From Piromyces finnis finn (taxonomy: Eukaryota; Fungi; Neocallimastigomycota), in contig MCFH01000007.1 in NCBI GenBank assembly GCA_002104945.1, positions 682,001 through 746,000 of the forward strand: a DNA stretch of 64,000 bases, given 5' to 3'. The position numbers and the translations under genes are program-made. Under the pieces are notes generated by a model. It had not been told where the DNA came from. It did not search any database and saw only the letters and a program-made list of their open reading frames with translations. Shown piece after piece: positions 43,497 through 56,765 of this stretch; position 1 is the first letter of the stretch, and every line of letters starts with the position of its first letter.

Positions 43497-44915
43497 CGAT
43501 GGGTTGCCGGAGTTCATAAAGCTGTATCGTTTATATCTTTATACTCTATCTCAAAAGATTTGAACATTCCTCCATTGTCAGCCAAATGTGTGTTAGCTCA
43601 GGTTAGATGTTTTAACAAATGGAAAAACTCAAATTGTATTATCTCACACCTTGTCAATTACATTCCTAAATTTAGAAAATACACGTGGTGCAAATCAAGT
43701 AGGTCACTTGATAAAAAATTAGAGAAGCATGGAGATGTTAAAGCAGTTAAAAACTTTTATTGGAAAGATCTCAAAGGGAATTCAATCAAAGCGCAATATT
43801 ATGATGATAATAAGTTTATTGAAACTAAAGATTTTATTAAATTATGTTATGAGTACCCAGAGTTTGCCTATGGCTTCTACTGGCTATTGAAAGCAAGAAG
43901 CGGATATAAGTTGGATGCTAGAGTTGCCAAAGCTGCTAAATTTGTTGATCCAGTTTGTCCTAACTACTGTCCATGTTGCAAGTGTGGTGTTCAAAGTATT
44001 AAACATTAGTTATTAGATTGTCCAACATTTAGAGATATCCGTATTAAACATTATGATTCCATAGTCCAGCTATTAAATTTTTTCAGTCAACGTAATTCCA
44101 ATAGTCCTATCAATAATAATGAAATTGATAATGTCAGTAGAGATAGCAATAACAGTAATAGTAATAGTAACAATAATAATAATAACAATAGTAATAATAA
44201 CAATAGTAGTAATAGTAATAATAGAAATAGTAATAATAACAATAGTAGTAATAGAAATAATAATATTAATAATGATAGCAATAGTGAAGATAATAATTCT
44301 AATTTAGATAGTAATTTAGTTAATGATAGTAATAGTTCTAATAATCCGGTGAATATTAATGTGTATGATTATTCTAGTGTGTGCAGTAAAATATTTAAAT
44401 TCCTTCTTGGGGGAAGAAGTTTTAACAATATCAATTACAATTCAAGGGAATGGAAAGAACTTTGTAAGTGTCAGATTCAATCTGGTACTAACGAAGGAAC
44501 ACCATTCTTGACGGTAACCGCGGAACTTCTAACCAAAATCATGCCTTTTGCTATTGGCCAGCAATGGTCAATGTTCAAAAGGTTTGAAGCAACATCCAAG
44601 AGCGTCAATGCTGAAGAAACAGTAAGACAGGCCAGGAGGGCCAGCGCAACCAATGGAGATCATAATTTTGTTCCATGACAAAATTTTGATCTTTGGCTCG
44701 GTGTCCCATTGGAAGTCAAATACAATTATTATACTTTAGTATGATAGTGGCTTTCTTACTTTAATTAAAATTACTAGAATACATTATACCCAATTTTTAT
44801 TCATTTGTGTTTATTTAAACATATTTTTTTTATTTTTATTTTTATTTTTTAATTTTTTATTACATGTATTATAATTTTAATTAAATTAATAATAAAGTTT
44901 AAAATATTTGATGCC

Positions 44916-44947
<32 letters not shown>
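43497..44947 (+). mobile_element. 5'-truncated LINE family B, first unit of a tandem dimer
   Basis: RWVAG..SFISLYSISKDLNIPPLSAKC...RCFNKWKNSNCII is homologous to the post-RT region of family A. Zinc finger CPCC..HWLLDC is interrupted by a TAG at 44007-44009. Poly(A) at 44919-44947. Confidence 0.9.
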
Positions 44948-44950
<3 letters not shown>

Positions 44951-46353
44951 ATATCTTTATACTCTATCTCAAAAGATTTGAACATTCCTCCATTGTCAGC
45001 CAAATGTGTGTTAGCTCAGGTTAGATGTTTTAACAAATGGAAAAACTCAAATTGTATTATCTCACACCTTGTCAATTACATTCCTAAATTTAGAAAATAC
45101 ACGTGGTGCAAATCAAGTAGGTCACTTGATAAAAAATTAGAGAAGCATGGAGATGTTAAAGCAGTTAAAAACTTTTATTGGAAAGATCTCAAAGGGAATT
45201 CAATCAAAGCACAATATTATGATGATAATAAATTTGGTGAAACTAAAGATTTTATTAAATTATGTTATGAGTACCCAGAGTTTGCCTATGGCTTCTACTG
45301 GCTATTGAAAGCAAGAAGCGGATACAAGTTGGATGCTAGAGTTGCCAAAGCTGCTAAATTTGTTGATCCAGTTTGTCCTAACTACTGTCCATGTTGCAAG
45401 TGTGGTGTTCAAAGTATTAAACATTGGTTATTAGATTGTCCAACATTTAGAGATATCCGTATTAAACATTATGATTCCATAGTCCAGCTATTAAATTTTT
45501 TCAGTCAACGTAATTCCAACAGTCCTATCAATAATAATGAAAATGTTAATATCAGTAGAGATAGTAATAATATTAATAGTAATAGTAGCAATAGTAGTAA
45601 TAATAATTACAATAGTAATAGTAACAATAGGAATAGTAACAATAGTAGTAATAGAAATAATAATATTAGTAATGATAGCAATAGTGAAGATAATATTTCT
45701 AATTTAGATAGTAATTTAGTTAATAATAGTAATAGTTCTAATAATCTGGTGAATATTAATATGTATGATTATTCTAGTGTGTGCAGTAAAATATTTAAAT
45801 TCCTTCTTGGGGGATGAAGTTTTAACAATATCAATTACAATTCAAGGGAATGGAAAGAACTTTGTAAGTGTCAGATTCAATCTGGTACTAATGAAGGAAC
45901 ATCATTCTTGACGGTAACCGCGGAACTTCTAACCAAAATCATGCCTTTTGCTATTGGCCAGCAATGGTCAATGTTCAAAAGGTTTGAAGCAACATCCAAG
46001 AGCGTCAATGCTGAAGAAACAGTAAGACAGGCCAGGAGGGCCAGCGCAACCAATGAAGATCATAATTTTGTTCCATGACAAAATTTTGATCTTTGGCTCG
46101 GTGTCCCATTGGAAGTCAAATACAATTATTATACTTTAGTATAATAGTGGCTTTCTTACTTTAATTAAAATTACTAGAATACATTATACCCAATTTTTAT
46201 TCATTTGTGTTTATCTAAACATATTTTTTTTTTATTTTTATTTTTATTTTTAATTTTTTATATTACATGCATTATAATTTTAATTAAATTAATAATAAAG
46301 TTTAAGATATTTGATGCCGTTAAAATAAAAAAAAAAAAAAAAAAAAAAAAAAA
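44948..46353 (+). mobile_element. 5'-truncated LINE family B, second unit of the tandem dimer
   Basis: Begins right after the first unit's poly(A), at sequence equivalent to 43530. Premature TGA at 45815-45817. Ends in poly(A) at about 46322-46353. Confidence 0.9.
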
Positions 46354-47104
46354 TGGTCTTTTTCAAATAGGGAAAAACATGTAGGGTGATCCAATACTTA
46401 TCCTAGAAATTTCTGCCAGCTAAAAAACAACCTCTGGCTAAACTTATAACAGAAGTAAAATTTTTAATTTTTATTCATTTGGTATTTTAACCTTTTTTGG
46501 TATTTTAACCTTTTTTTTTTTTTTTTGCATTTTAAAAAAAAAGAAAAATATTTTATTAATATTTGTTGTGAGACTTTTGAAATACCTTTCTAATATTTTA
46601 TCGATGATGACTTATAATTTTTAATACGATGATCAATTTTTACAAGTAGTAGTGTGAATAAAGTAAGAGACCAACCTTTTCCTTACCTTTAGTGAGTATC
46701 GACCGTCGAAAGGTAAAGAAGAAATTTTGATACCGAAACCGAATAATCATATTAATCCACACAAGAAATTTATCATCGAGGAATAGGAAGAGTTAGAGAT
46801 TCTACCTCCTACTCTTATTTATTTATTATTTACTATTGTAATTTTCATTTTATTAATTTATGTTTTATTTTAATTTTCATATATAATACAAATAAAAAGA
46901 AAATTTTTTTTATTCAATCATGGATAGAGCCTTAATTTCGTAAATGTAATTATCGTCAGTGACAGGAAATGCCCTCCGAGCAGTCGAATTTTTATTTAAT
47001 AATTAAAATATTCTTAAATAAAAATTAACAGTGTAAAAAAAAAAAAAAAGGGCATAAAAGGGATAAATTCTTATCAAATGGAACACCAAGATATTCTTAA
47101 CATT

Positions 47105-47202
47105 GATTTTAAAAATTAGAATTAAAAATATAAATAAAAAAAATGTTTAAATAAACTCAAATGAATAAAAATTGAGTATAATGCATTCAAGTCATTTTAA
47201 TT
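47105..47202 (-). mobile_element. Short remnant of the LINE family B 3' UTR
   Basis: Reverse complement cttactttaattaaaatgacttgaatgcattatactcaatttttattcatttgagtttatttaaacat matches 44755-44822. Confidence 0.75.
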
Positions 47203-47877
47203 AAAGTAAGATTTTTTTTTTTTTAATGACATCAAAAAAAAAAAAAAGTGTAAAAAAAAAGGGCATTTATAAGAGTATATCATTATCCTCTCTCTTTACA
47301 TGTAATATCAATTAAAAAAAAAGAGGTCCATTACCGGAAAAAATTTAAGGGTTATTTCATCTATTATAACCAAAAATTATAAATTCTTTAATTTTTTTTT
47401 TAATATGAAACTATAAACCATGAAATAAATGCCATCATTCAATAAAAAAAAAAAAATTTTTTTTTTATAATTTTTTTAAAATTTTTATTCGATATATATA
47501 ATTTTTTTATTTACAAAATGAAATACATTTATTTTTGTATTTCAAGATTAAAAGAGATGAATTGATAATAATTTGTTATTTAAAATAATAATAATAATGT
47601 AGTATGTAGTTATTATAGTTATATATTTTTCATTTTTTTTTTACAAATAGTATAATGAATATTTTATAAAAAATAATTATATAATTATATATATGTGTAT
47701 ATAAATCATTGGATTTATAATGTAATCATTTATATAAAATAGTAATATATATCATAAAAATATATGGATAGATAAATAGTGTTTAATGTTTTTTTTTTTA
47801 GTAATACATAGAATAATTAAATTTGGAACAACAACACCTTTTTCTCTTTCTCTTTTTTTTTTTTTTTTTCCTTTATA

Positions 47878-48339
47878 TTATGCTTTTGAATTTCTATTTG
47901 TAAGTTTTTTATCCTTTTTCATTTTTTGTTCTTTATCCTTCATCATCAATAATATATTATCGACACGGTCATTAGTAGTTGTACTTTTTAATTTATTATT
48001 TAATGGAATATTAGTGAAACCAGTAAGATTAATACCAGCCATTCCAATTTTATCCTTTAAAAGAGATAAATCATTATCGGTAACTGAATTCTTTTGACCA
48101 AGTCCAATAGCAGCCATAGTAGTTGCTGTTTTATTCTTTTTTCCTGGAAGAGAATTAACGGTATATAAAGAAGTTTTAACCTGACCTAATTTTAATTTAT
48201 TTTGTTCAGTTTCCGAAAAAGATTTTAAATCTGTATTTACCACCATCCAGTCTTCATCATTCTTTTGAATTTGTTTTTGATTTAATTCGGTGGTAGAAGA
48301 TTTGCTTCTATTAAAAATAGAACCAATCCAAGCTAACAT
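47878..48339 (-). CDS. Small hypothetical protein, 153 aa
   Basis: ATG in an A-rich context (aaaagggaaaaaATG) and higher GC than its flanks. No family recognised. Confidence 0.6.
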   Translation of the reverse strand: MLAWIGSIFNRSKSSTTELNQKQIQKNDEDWMVVNTDLKSFSETEQNKLKLGQVKTSLYTVNSLPGKKNKTATTMAAIGLGQKNSVTDNDLSLLKDKIGMAGINLTGFTNIPLNNKLKSTTTNDRVDNILLMMKDKEQKMKKDKKLTNRNSKA

Positions 48340-50596
48340 TTTTTCCCTTTTTATTCTATTTTACTATTATCTTAATTATAAGTTATAGGTAGACTTTTTT
48401 TTTTTTATGAGAGTTTATCGATAGTATATATATTTTTTAAGTAGGTTTTAATAAATCTTTTATTTTATATTTTTATTATAAAAAACTTTTTTTTTTTTTT
48501 TGGCTTTAATTATAGAATGATTAAAGATATAAAATTTTCTTTTTTAAGAATCAATAAATATGTTATTTCCTATAGATAAATTGATAGATACTTTTTTTTT
48601 TTTAATTATAATATATATTTTAGTTTTCTTTTAGTATAGATAAATAATAAAATTTTATATAAATTATAAATATATTTTATTTCAAAAAAAAAAAAAAAAA
48701 AGGAAAAAGTAATCTTTTATAATTTCCTTTATTATTTTAATTTTCTATCAAGTGATGGATAACATGCCAAATTTTAATTAAATAGTTTGTTTTATTTCTT
48801 TTTTTTTTTTTTTTTTATAAAAAATTAAATTATAAAATTTGGAATGTGGTTTTTTCGGAAAACCTTTTTATTATAAATTAAATTAAAACAATAAAAAGTC
48901 ATTATTAATTTCATTTAATTAAATGTAAATAATGGTTAAACCTATGAAAAAAACTAAAAAACTTTAAAGATTAAAAAACTAAAAAAAAAAAAAAACAAAA
49001 ATATCATTCAAAATATAACATTTAAATGTTCATATTTTATAAAATATATAGGAAATTAGAGTCTAAAAATCTAAAAATTATCATTTTATTCTTTGTGAAA
49101 AAATTAAAAAATAATAAATATTTAAACAATATTATTTAATTTCTTATATGAAACTTTACTTTTTATTATTCCATAAAATTACTATTTAAAATATATTTAA
49201 TAAAATAAAATAAAATAAAAAAAAAAAAAAAAATAATTATTAAACCTTTAATATAATTTTAATACAATTCATTCATTCATAAGACTTTTTTTTTTTTTTT
49301 AAATCTATCAATTGTATAGTATAGTAATTTCATTTAATTATGCCTTTTATTATTAATAAATAATTATGTAGGTCATGCTTTGTTTCATTTTTTTTTGCCT
49401 TTTTTTTTTTTTACTATAAATAAAAAATTGTTACATGAAAAGAAAGTATAAATTATTCTTTAAAAAAAAAAAAAAAAGTAATCTATATTCTATTTCTTTA
49501 ATAGAATATATCTTTTTTAATAATGAAAAATAAAGTATAAAGTATGTCATTTAATATTCCTATAATAAGAATTCAACAAGTTTTTTTTATTTTAATTAAA
49601 AAAAAGTTTATCGACATGATGTCACATTTTTTTTTGAGTTTTAATAAAGAATGAATGACTTTATTAATTTTCTTATGATATTTTTTTCAAATAAACTTTT
49701 TTTTTTTTTTCATTTAAAGTATCATCTGAATAAATGGAATATAAAGAGTTTTATTATTATATGAAATAAAAAAAAGGAGTTTTATTCTATAGAGTAATAA
49801 TAAAAAAAAAAGTGGTTAAGATTAATTAAAATAAAATTATTATTATTATTATTATTTCATAGCATTGTTAATAATTAATAAATAATAATAATTAATAAAT
49901 AATAATAATTAATAAATAATAATAATTAATAAATAATAAATATTTAACAATTAATAAATATTTAACAATTAATAATAAACATTTAATAACTCTATTTAAT
50001 TATCATTATACTCTATTTAATAGTAATAATAATAACAAATGCCATCCTCTATTTAATCATCCTAATACAATATAGATCGTCTCAAACTTTGTCATATGAG
50101 GTAAAAATAAATCACACACCAAGTTAATTTTTAAATTTAGTAAATTCTTTAATGTAATTTTATTAAATTTTAATTAATTGTAATGTGGCGTAACAAAACC
50201 AATGAGGTTGACACATTATATTAAATATGGCTTTAAAGTTATTATATCATGTGAAATGTATACATTATGTATACAATATGTCTAACTTATCTTGATTACC
50301 ACCTGGGATAGGATCAAAGCGTTTATTTATGGTAAAAAAAAAAGGTATTTACTCTTCCTTTGATTTATTATTATTAATGCAATTATTGAATCTAAATCTT
50401 TTTCCCCTCCATTTAAAGTATCTTTTAACACTAACATTTCAATAGATAATAATACTCTACTTTAAACGGTGAGTGTAAATCCTTTCTTTTTTTTTTTTTT
50501 AATTATATCAATTTAATTAAAAAAATTTTAAACTCCATTTTTAAATATTATTATAAATTTGTATTTAAAAAATATTTAAATATTTATTTAAATAGC

Positions 50597-50628
<32 letters not shown>

Positions 50629-52272
50629 TAATAATCTAAGATATTTATTTTTTTATTAAAAGTATTTTTTGATAAGCAACATTTAAAAAAGCATTTTTAA
50701 AACTTTTAAAATTAAAAAAATATTATTTTAATGATTTATTTAATTATTATTTATTTATTCATTTAAATATTTCTTAATAATTTATTTAATTATTATTTAT
50801 TCATTCATTTAATATTTATTTTTTTTCAAAAATCACATTTTTCAAAAAAAAAATCTTTTATCAATTAAATTAAAAAAAGTTTATAAAAATTTTATTGGCC
50901 AACTTTCCATTTTGAATTTTTTACATTTTAAAAAAAATTTTTAAAGGAAAAATTAACAGAAAAGCAATATATAAAATTATATTAAACAATATAATTTAAT
51001 ATACACATAAATATATTAACAATATATTAGAAATTATAAAGTAAAAAAAAACAAAAAAAATTTATGAAAAGACCACGTTGATACGAAAAAAAAAAAAAAA
51101 AAAAGAGGAAAAGGTCGATTTGAGAAAAAGGATCATCATCAAAAAGAAAGGAAGAAAGATATTAAAGTATTAATGAAAAGCAAAAAAGAAAAGTATAAAG
51201 AAAGAAAGAAAGAAAACTATTTAGAAATTAAAAAAGAAAAAAAGAGGAATTGAATTAAATATTCAGTATTATTAGAAATAAAAAAAATCAACTTTTTTTT
51301 TTTTTCCAAATCAACAAAGAATTTTGTTTGAATTTTAATCTATTATTTTTTAATAAAGGTATATATACTAATAGATGCTAACAGATAAATGCTAATACAT
51401 AGTTACTACTAGATGTTAATAGATACTAATGAAACTATTGATAATAGATATGCCTTTACATACATATAAATGAATATATAAATGGATATATATTTTAGTA
51501 TATAAATAATAATAATAATAATAATAAAAAAAAGAATGATAAAAAGTTTACGAAATTAAAATTAATTATAAAGGGAATATGAGCTAAAAAAAATAGTAAA
51601 CTATTTTTATTAAAAAAGTGAATAGATAAGATTAAAAGTTAAAAAAGAATTGACTTTAAAAAAATTCCCGGATTCTTTATTAAATAGTATACCCAACCCC
51701 CCCCCCCAAAAAAAAGATTTAAAATAATAATAATAAGAAAAGTTTTGACATTGGAATATAGAACTATTACCTATTACAAATATATATAATAAAAAATTAT
51801 AAAATTTTAATAAATTAAAGTTTTTTTTTTTTTCAAATATAAAATGTTTTTAACATTTTATAATTTTACTAACCATTTTATTTTTTTTCCTATAACCTAT
51901 ATTGATATAAATTTATTATTATAACCAATTGATAAAAACCTATGTTGATATAACCTAATAATATGTTATTATAACCAATTATTATTATTGCAATCAATTA
52001 TTATAACCTATGGATATCTATGGATATAATTTATTTATCGATTTATTATATTTAGTATAGGAATTTGTATTAGAAAAATAATTTTTTTTAAAAGAATATA
52101 TAAAATAGAAGAAAGAAAAAAAAAAAAAAAGTCAAAAAATAAAATACCTATAGAATCTTTAAAATTAAGCTAAGAAAAAAAAAAACAATTAAAATAAAAT
52201 AGAGAAAAACGTCCACCCTATAAAATTACAATATAAAATATATTAGAATAACAACAACAACAAAAGAAAAAA

Positions 52273-54314
52273 ATGCCAAAAATACCATATACTGAAAATA
52301 TTTCACAATATAATAATCCTTTACCTTTTCCAAATTATTTAAATACTTTATCCCTTTTAACAGATTCTTCTACATCTACTGTAAGAAAATTCTTCAATGC
52401 CAATAAAAGTATAAGTGAAACCTTATTAATAACTTTAATATCTGTGATACAAGAAGGAATAGCTTATCAATTAGCAAACCATTCAAATATTAGTGTGGAT
52501 AATAATTCAAAATCTTACACCAATAATACCAATTTTTATTGTTGTAAAGGTGTACCTATTAAACTTAATAAAAAGTTAGAGGCATCATCATCGTCATCAA
52601 CAACAACCCTTAAAAAACGTAGTAGTAGTTTTAGTTATAGTAGAATTTATAATAATAATGATAGCGGCAACAACAACAAAGAAAATACATTCGATGGAGA
52701 GGAAGACGGAGTTAAAAAAGAGAATAGTAGGATAAGAACGATCATTAAAAATGATAATCCTATCCATGATTTAAAAAAAAATAGATTAAGTCGTTCCTTT
52801 TCTTCTTCAAGTCTTGAATGCGCTAAAGGAAAATCAAGTTTACACTATACTTCTAGAATAAATAAATCATTTATAAAAAATAAATCAATCCATGGATCCC
52901 GTCTTAAATATCATCTCCAGGAAGACGTTCCTGAATCTTTTTCAGAAAAGTCCTCAATGGATAAAAATATAGACACTAGTTTATTTTCCACTTTTACTAC
53001 TACCACTATGCCAGAAAATAGGACAAAGGAAGCATCAACGCCATCCCTAAATATGGATCATGATTCCATCATCAATAATGAACCACACCCATCACCACCA
53101 TCATCACCATCATCATCATCAAAAAATAAGGATAAAGCTAGTGTATTTATCCTTGTGAAAAATTTATTCCATATGCTTAATATAGTGAAAGGCCTTCATT
53201 TTAAAAAACAAAAACAACCTAAACCGGTAGAATCGCTGGATGAAAAAGAAAGATGGGAAGAGTTTAATAGAATTTATAATGAAGCCATGTATAATCTGAA
53301 AACCGAAGAATACTACAAAAATAAATCTTTAATATTTAAATATTGTACTGGTTTAAATAGCGTACAAGGCTGTTATTTCGATATCGATGATAATAATGAT
53401 GAGATGGACACCATCGCCGTAAATAGTATGTCAATCCTTGATGAAAAAATTCGTGAAAAATCAGAAAATAAAAAGACTGATATATTATCAAGAATTAAAA
53501 AAGATACCCTGACACGCGCTGAAATTAAAGAATGTGGTGAATATATGAGAAGAGTTGGTGTTTATCGTAAGTCTTTTTTTTTTTTACTTTAAAATGAGAA
53601 AATACATTTATATTTTATTGGTATATTTCTAAATTAAAACAAACAAACAAATATTAATTATCTTTTTATTATTATTTTTATTATTATTATTATTTTTATT
53701 TTTATTATTCTATTCATATTATTAAAATTTTTTAGAACTTTTTATTCAATGTCCAATAAATCATTTATTAAGAGTAATTGCGTCTAAATTATTTTCATGT
53801 GGAGAAAAAAAATATAGCCCAATATTGAGATTTTTATTTGTTACTTGTGTTGTATCCCCAATTCAAATATCAGGTAATTATCCTATTTTTTTTGATTCTA
53901 TTTACAATATCTACAATATAATATATGCAATATACAATAAATAGATATTTAGATATTTTATAAATTATTTGATAAATTTATACATTATTGTATAATTAAT
54001 GTATAATTAATGATATAAATTATTGAAAAGAAAAAAATAAGACTAACTCTATTTTTTATAAAGTAAATATATTATGTCTTGCCTTTTCAAACAAAAAGAC
54101 ACCATCAGAAATCAAAAAATGTTTTACCCAACATTTCACTCATATATTAAAACTTTCTTTGATTTATGTACCATTTTCTTCCCAATATTTCGCAAGAACA
54201 TTTTTACCTCGTCATTGTTGGGTTCCATTCTTTAATTTAAGTAGTTTTATTTTGGGAACTTATATTAAACTCATCATGAAAAAGAAGGATGATAGAAAAC
54301 TTACCCTTCTTTAA
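52273..54314 (+). CDS. Mpv17/PMP22-family membrane protein with a very large insertion; exons 52273-53566, 53736-53873, 54064-54314 (560 aa)
   Basis: GT-AG splicing keeps the frame (1683 nt). The spliced C-terminus VYQLFIQCPINHLL...VVSPIQISV...FARTFLPRHCWVPFFNLSSFILGTYIK matches the fungal PMP22 pattern (SPIQN...FAQKFLP..TWVPFFN...F..GTY). The N-terminal LISVIQEGIAYQLA matches the first helix. Confidence 0.8.
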
Positions 54315-54846
54315 CTGTCTTTTTTTTTTTTTTTAATCATTAAATTTATTTAGTGTTTAAGGCAGAGAGAAAGGCATAAAAAAAAATACAGCTATTCATA
54401 CATCATTTACTTGATAGAATAACAAAAAAAAAAAAAAAAAAAGAAAAATTGGAGAATCTAAATATCTTTTTTTTTTTTTTTTTTATCATACCATTCATTT
54501 TTTTCCCCTCCTTACTACATTCTGCCATACAAATAAATAATAATGAAATATAAAATTTTAAATATATAGAATAGAATAAGAATATTATATGATTTTTGAT
54601 AGATGATAGTTAGAGGAGAAGAAAAAAAAAGTTTTATAAACCAATACCAAATATATTAATATATATTAATAGTTTAATAATAATAATACATTTTTATAAA
54701 ATACTTTTTATTTTATTTTATTTTTTTTTTCATTATTAGTATTATTTAATATAATATCAATGCAATAAAACCTAAAATCCTTTTTTTTTTTATATTTATA
54801 TATATATTTATAGATATATATACAATATACAATATATAATATTTAG

Positions 54847-54877
<31 letters not shown>

Positions 54878-55895
54878 TTGAATTATTCATTTTCATAGTA
54901 TAAAGTGTGATGAATTAGTCGTTAGCAACCTCTGTAGGATAATAAAATAAAACAATTCTCATAATAAATATCTAAAAAGTATATCATCATCATAATTGTT
55001 TGTTTGATTTTTTTTTTTTTTTTTTAGTAATAAATAAAAAAAAAAAGTATGTGTGTATTTATAATTTTTTTTGAATCAATCTTATAAATCATTATCATCA
55101 TCATCATTATCATGATAATTATCATAAATAATAATGATAAATCATGACAACCTATATTAATAAAGGTTCATAATCATAAATAAATAAACAAAAAAAAAAT
55201 TATAAATAATCAAAAAGGTATGTTTTAAAAAATAGGATCAAAAATAAAAAAACAATTAAAAGAAACATTAAGGATTAAATTATATTTAATCATTTTTAAT
55301 AATTACAAAAAAAAAAAAAAAAAAAATAAACTTTATAAATCGTCTTAATTTAAGATAAAAAAGTATAATTGACGTATAAATTCAAAATTGTATTAAAAAA
55401 AAAAAAAGTGTGTGTGCCTATGGATAGGTGAAATTGATTTTAATTTTAATTTTGTATCCTATTTAGAAATTTCACCCGCTTTCTTTTCTTTTTTTTTTTT
55501 TTTTTTTCTTATGGATTAAGATTTTGTTAATCATCTTAATTTATAAAAGTTTAATTCTTAACTTTTTTTTTTTTATTCTTACTAAAAAACTTTATTTTTT
55601 CTGGATAAATGAATGGAGGATAGGGATGGTTTTTTTCTTTTTTTTTTTTTTTGGTATATATTATCTTTTATTCATTAAACTCAAAACTTTTTTTTAATTA
55701 TATAAATTAAATGTAACCATTTAATTGAACTTTTTTTTTTTTTTTTAAAAAAAATATAATATACTAAATTAATGAATAAGAAATAGACTAAATAGATAAA
55801 TGTACTAAAATAAATGAAATTAAAAAGTTTTAAATACTTTTTTTTTACTGATTGAAATTTAATAATATATAATAATAGAAACTTAAAATTCTATA

Positions 55896-55904
<9 letters not shown>

Positions 55905-55972
<68 letters not shown>
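55905..55972. repeat. (ATT)n microsatellite
   Basis: Uninterrupted ATT run. Confidence 0.9.
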
Positions 55973-55974
<2 letters not shown>

Positions 55975-56765
55975 ACCTTTTCCATTTTCATTTTCATTTA
56001 TATTTTTATATTTTATTTTAATTATTTTAATTTTGTCAAATCATTATCCTTTTTTTTTTTTTTATTATTATTATTATTATTCATCTTTATTTAAATAAAT
56101 AGACTACTTTTATATTTAATTATTTAATGATATATTGAATTTTTTATTTTATTTTATTCTTTTGGAAAACTTTTTTTTTTAAAAATCTTTTTCTGAAAAT
56201 AATAAGAAAAAAAAAATTCTTTAAAAAAACATTAGTTTTAATAAAATCTATACAACGATTAATATTAATAATATTTTTTTTTTTTTTTTCAAAAATAAAA
56301 TATTCATAGTCATCAACACACACTATTTTTTCTTTTTTCAATATACGAAACCATGATATATAAATTTTGATTTTTTTTTTTGTTACTCTTGGAGAAAAAT
56401 AGATAATATAAAATAAAATATAAAATTAAAAAAAAGACCATTATCAATTTATATTATAGACAGACAATATTTACAATTTTATAATTTTTGAATACACTTG
56501 GAAATAATAATAAAAAGAATTTTAAAACATCTTATTGATTTTACACTTATCTAATACTTTACTTATACACACCTATATTTCTTTTTTTTTTTTTTAAATA
56601 TAAAAAAAAAAACTATACTATTCTCAAATATAAAGCTATTATTTTTTTTTAGCAAGGAAAAAAAGAATCTATTATTATAAACTTAAAAAGAATAATAATA
56701 ATAAAAAAAAAACTATCATATATATATAATCATTATCATACTTTTTTTTTTTTTTGAAAAAAAAA

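Noticed and set aside
43497-46353. RIP-like mutation between the duplicated LINE units or GH1 copies
   Set aside because: Few differences, mixed transitions and transversions, and the near-identical GH1 repeats remain intact.
46670-46810. GC-richer island with a possible hairpin (ttacctt...tcga-ccg-tcga-aaggtaa) and a short open frame (SEYRPSKGKEEILIPKPNNH...)
   Set aside because: No start or splice context and no recognisable RNA or protein family; too short to call.
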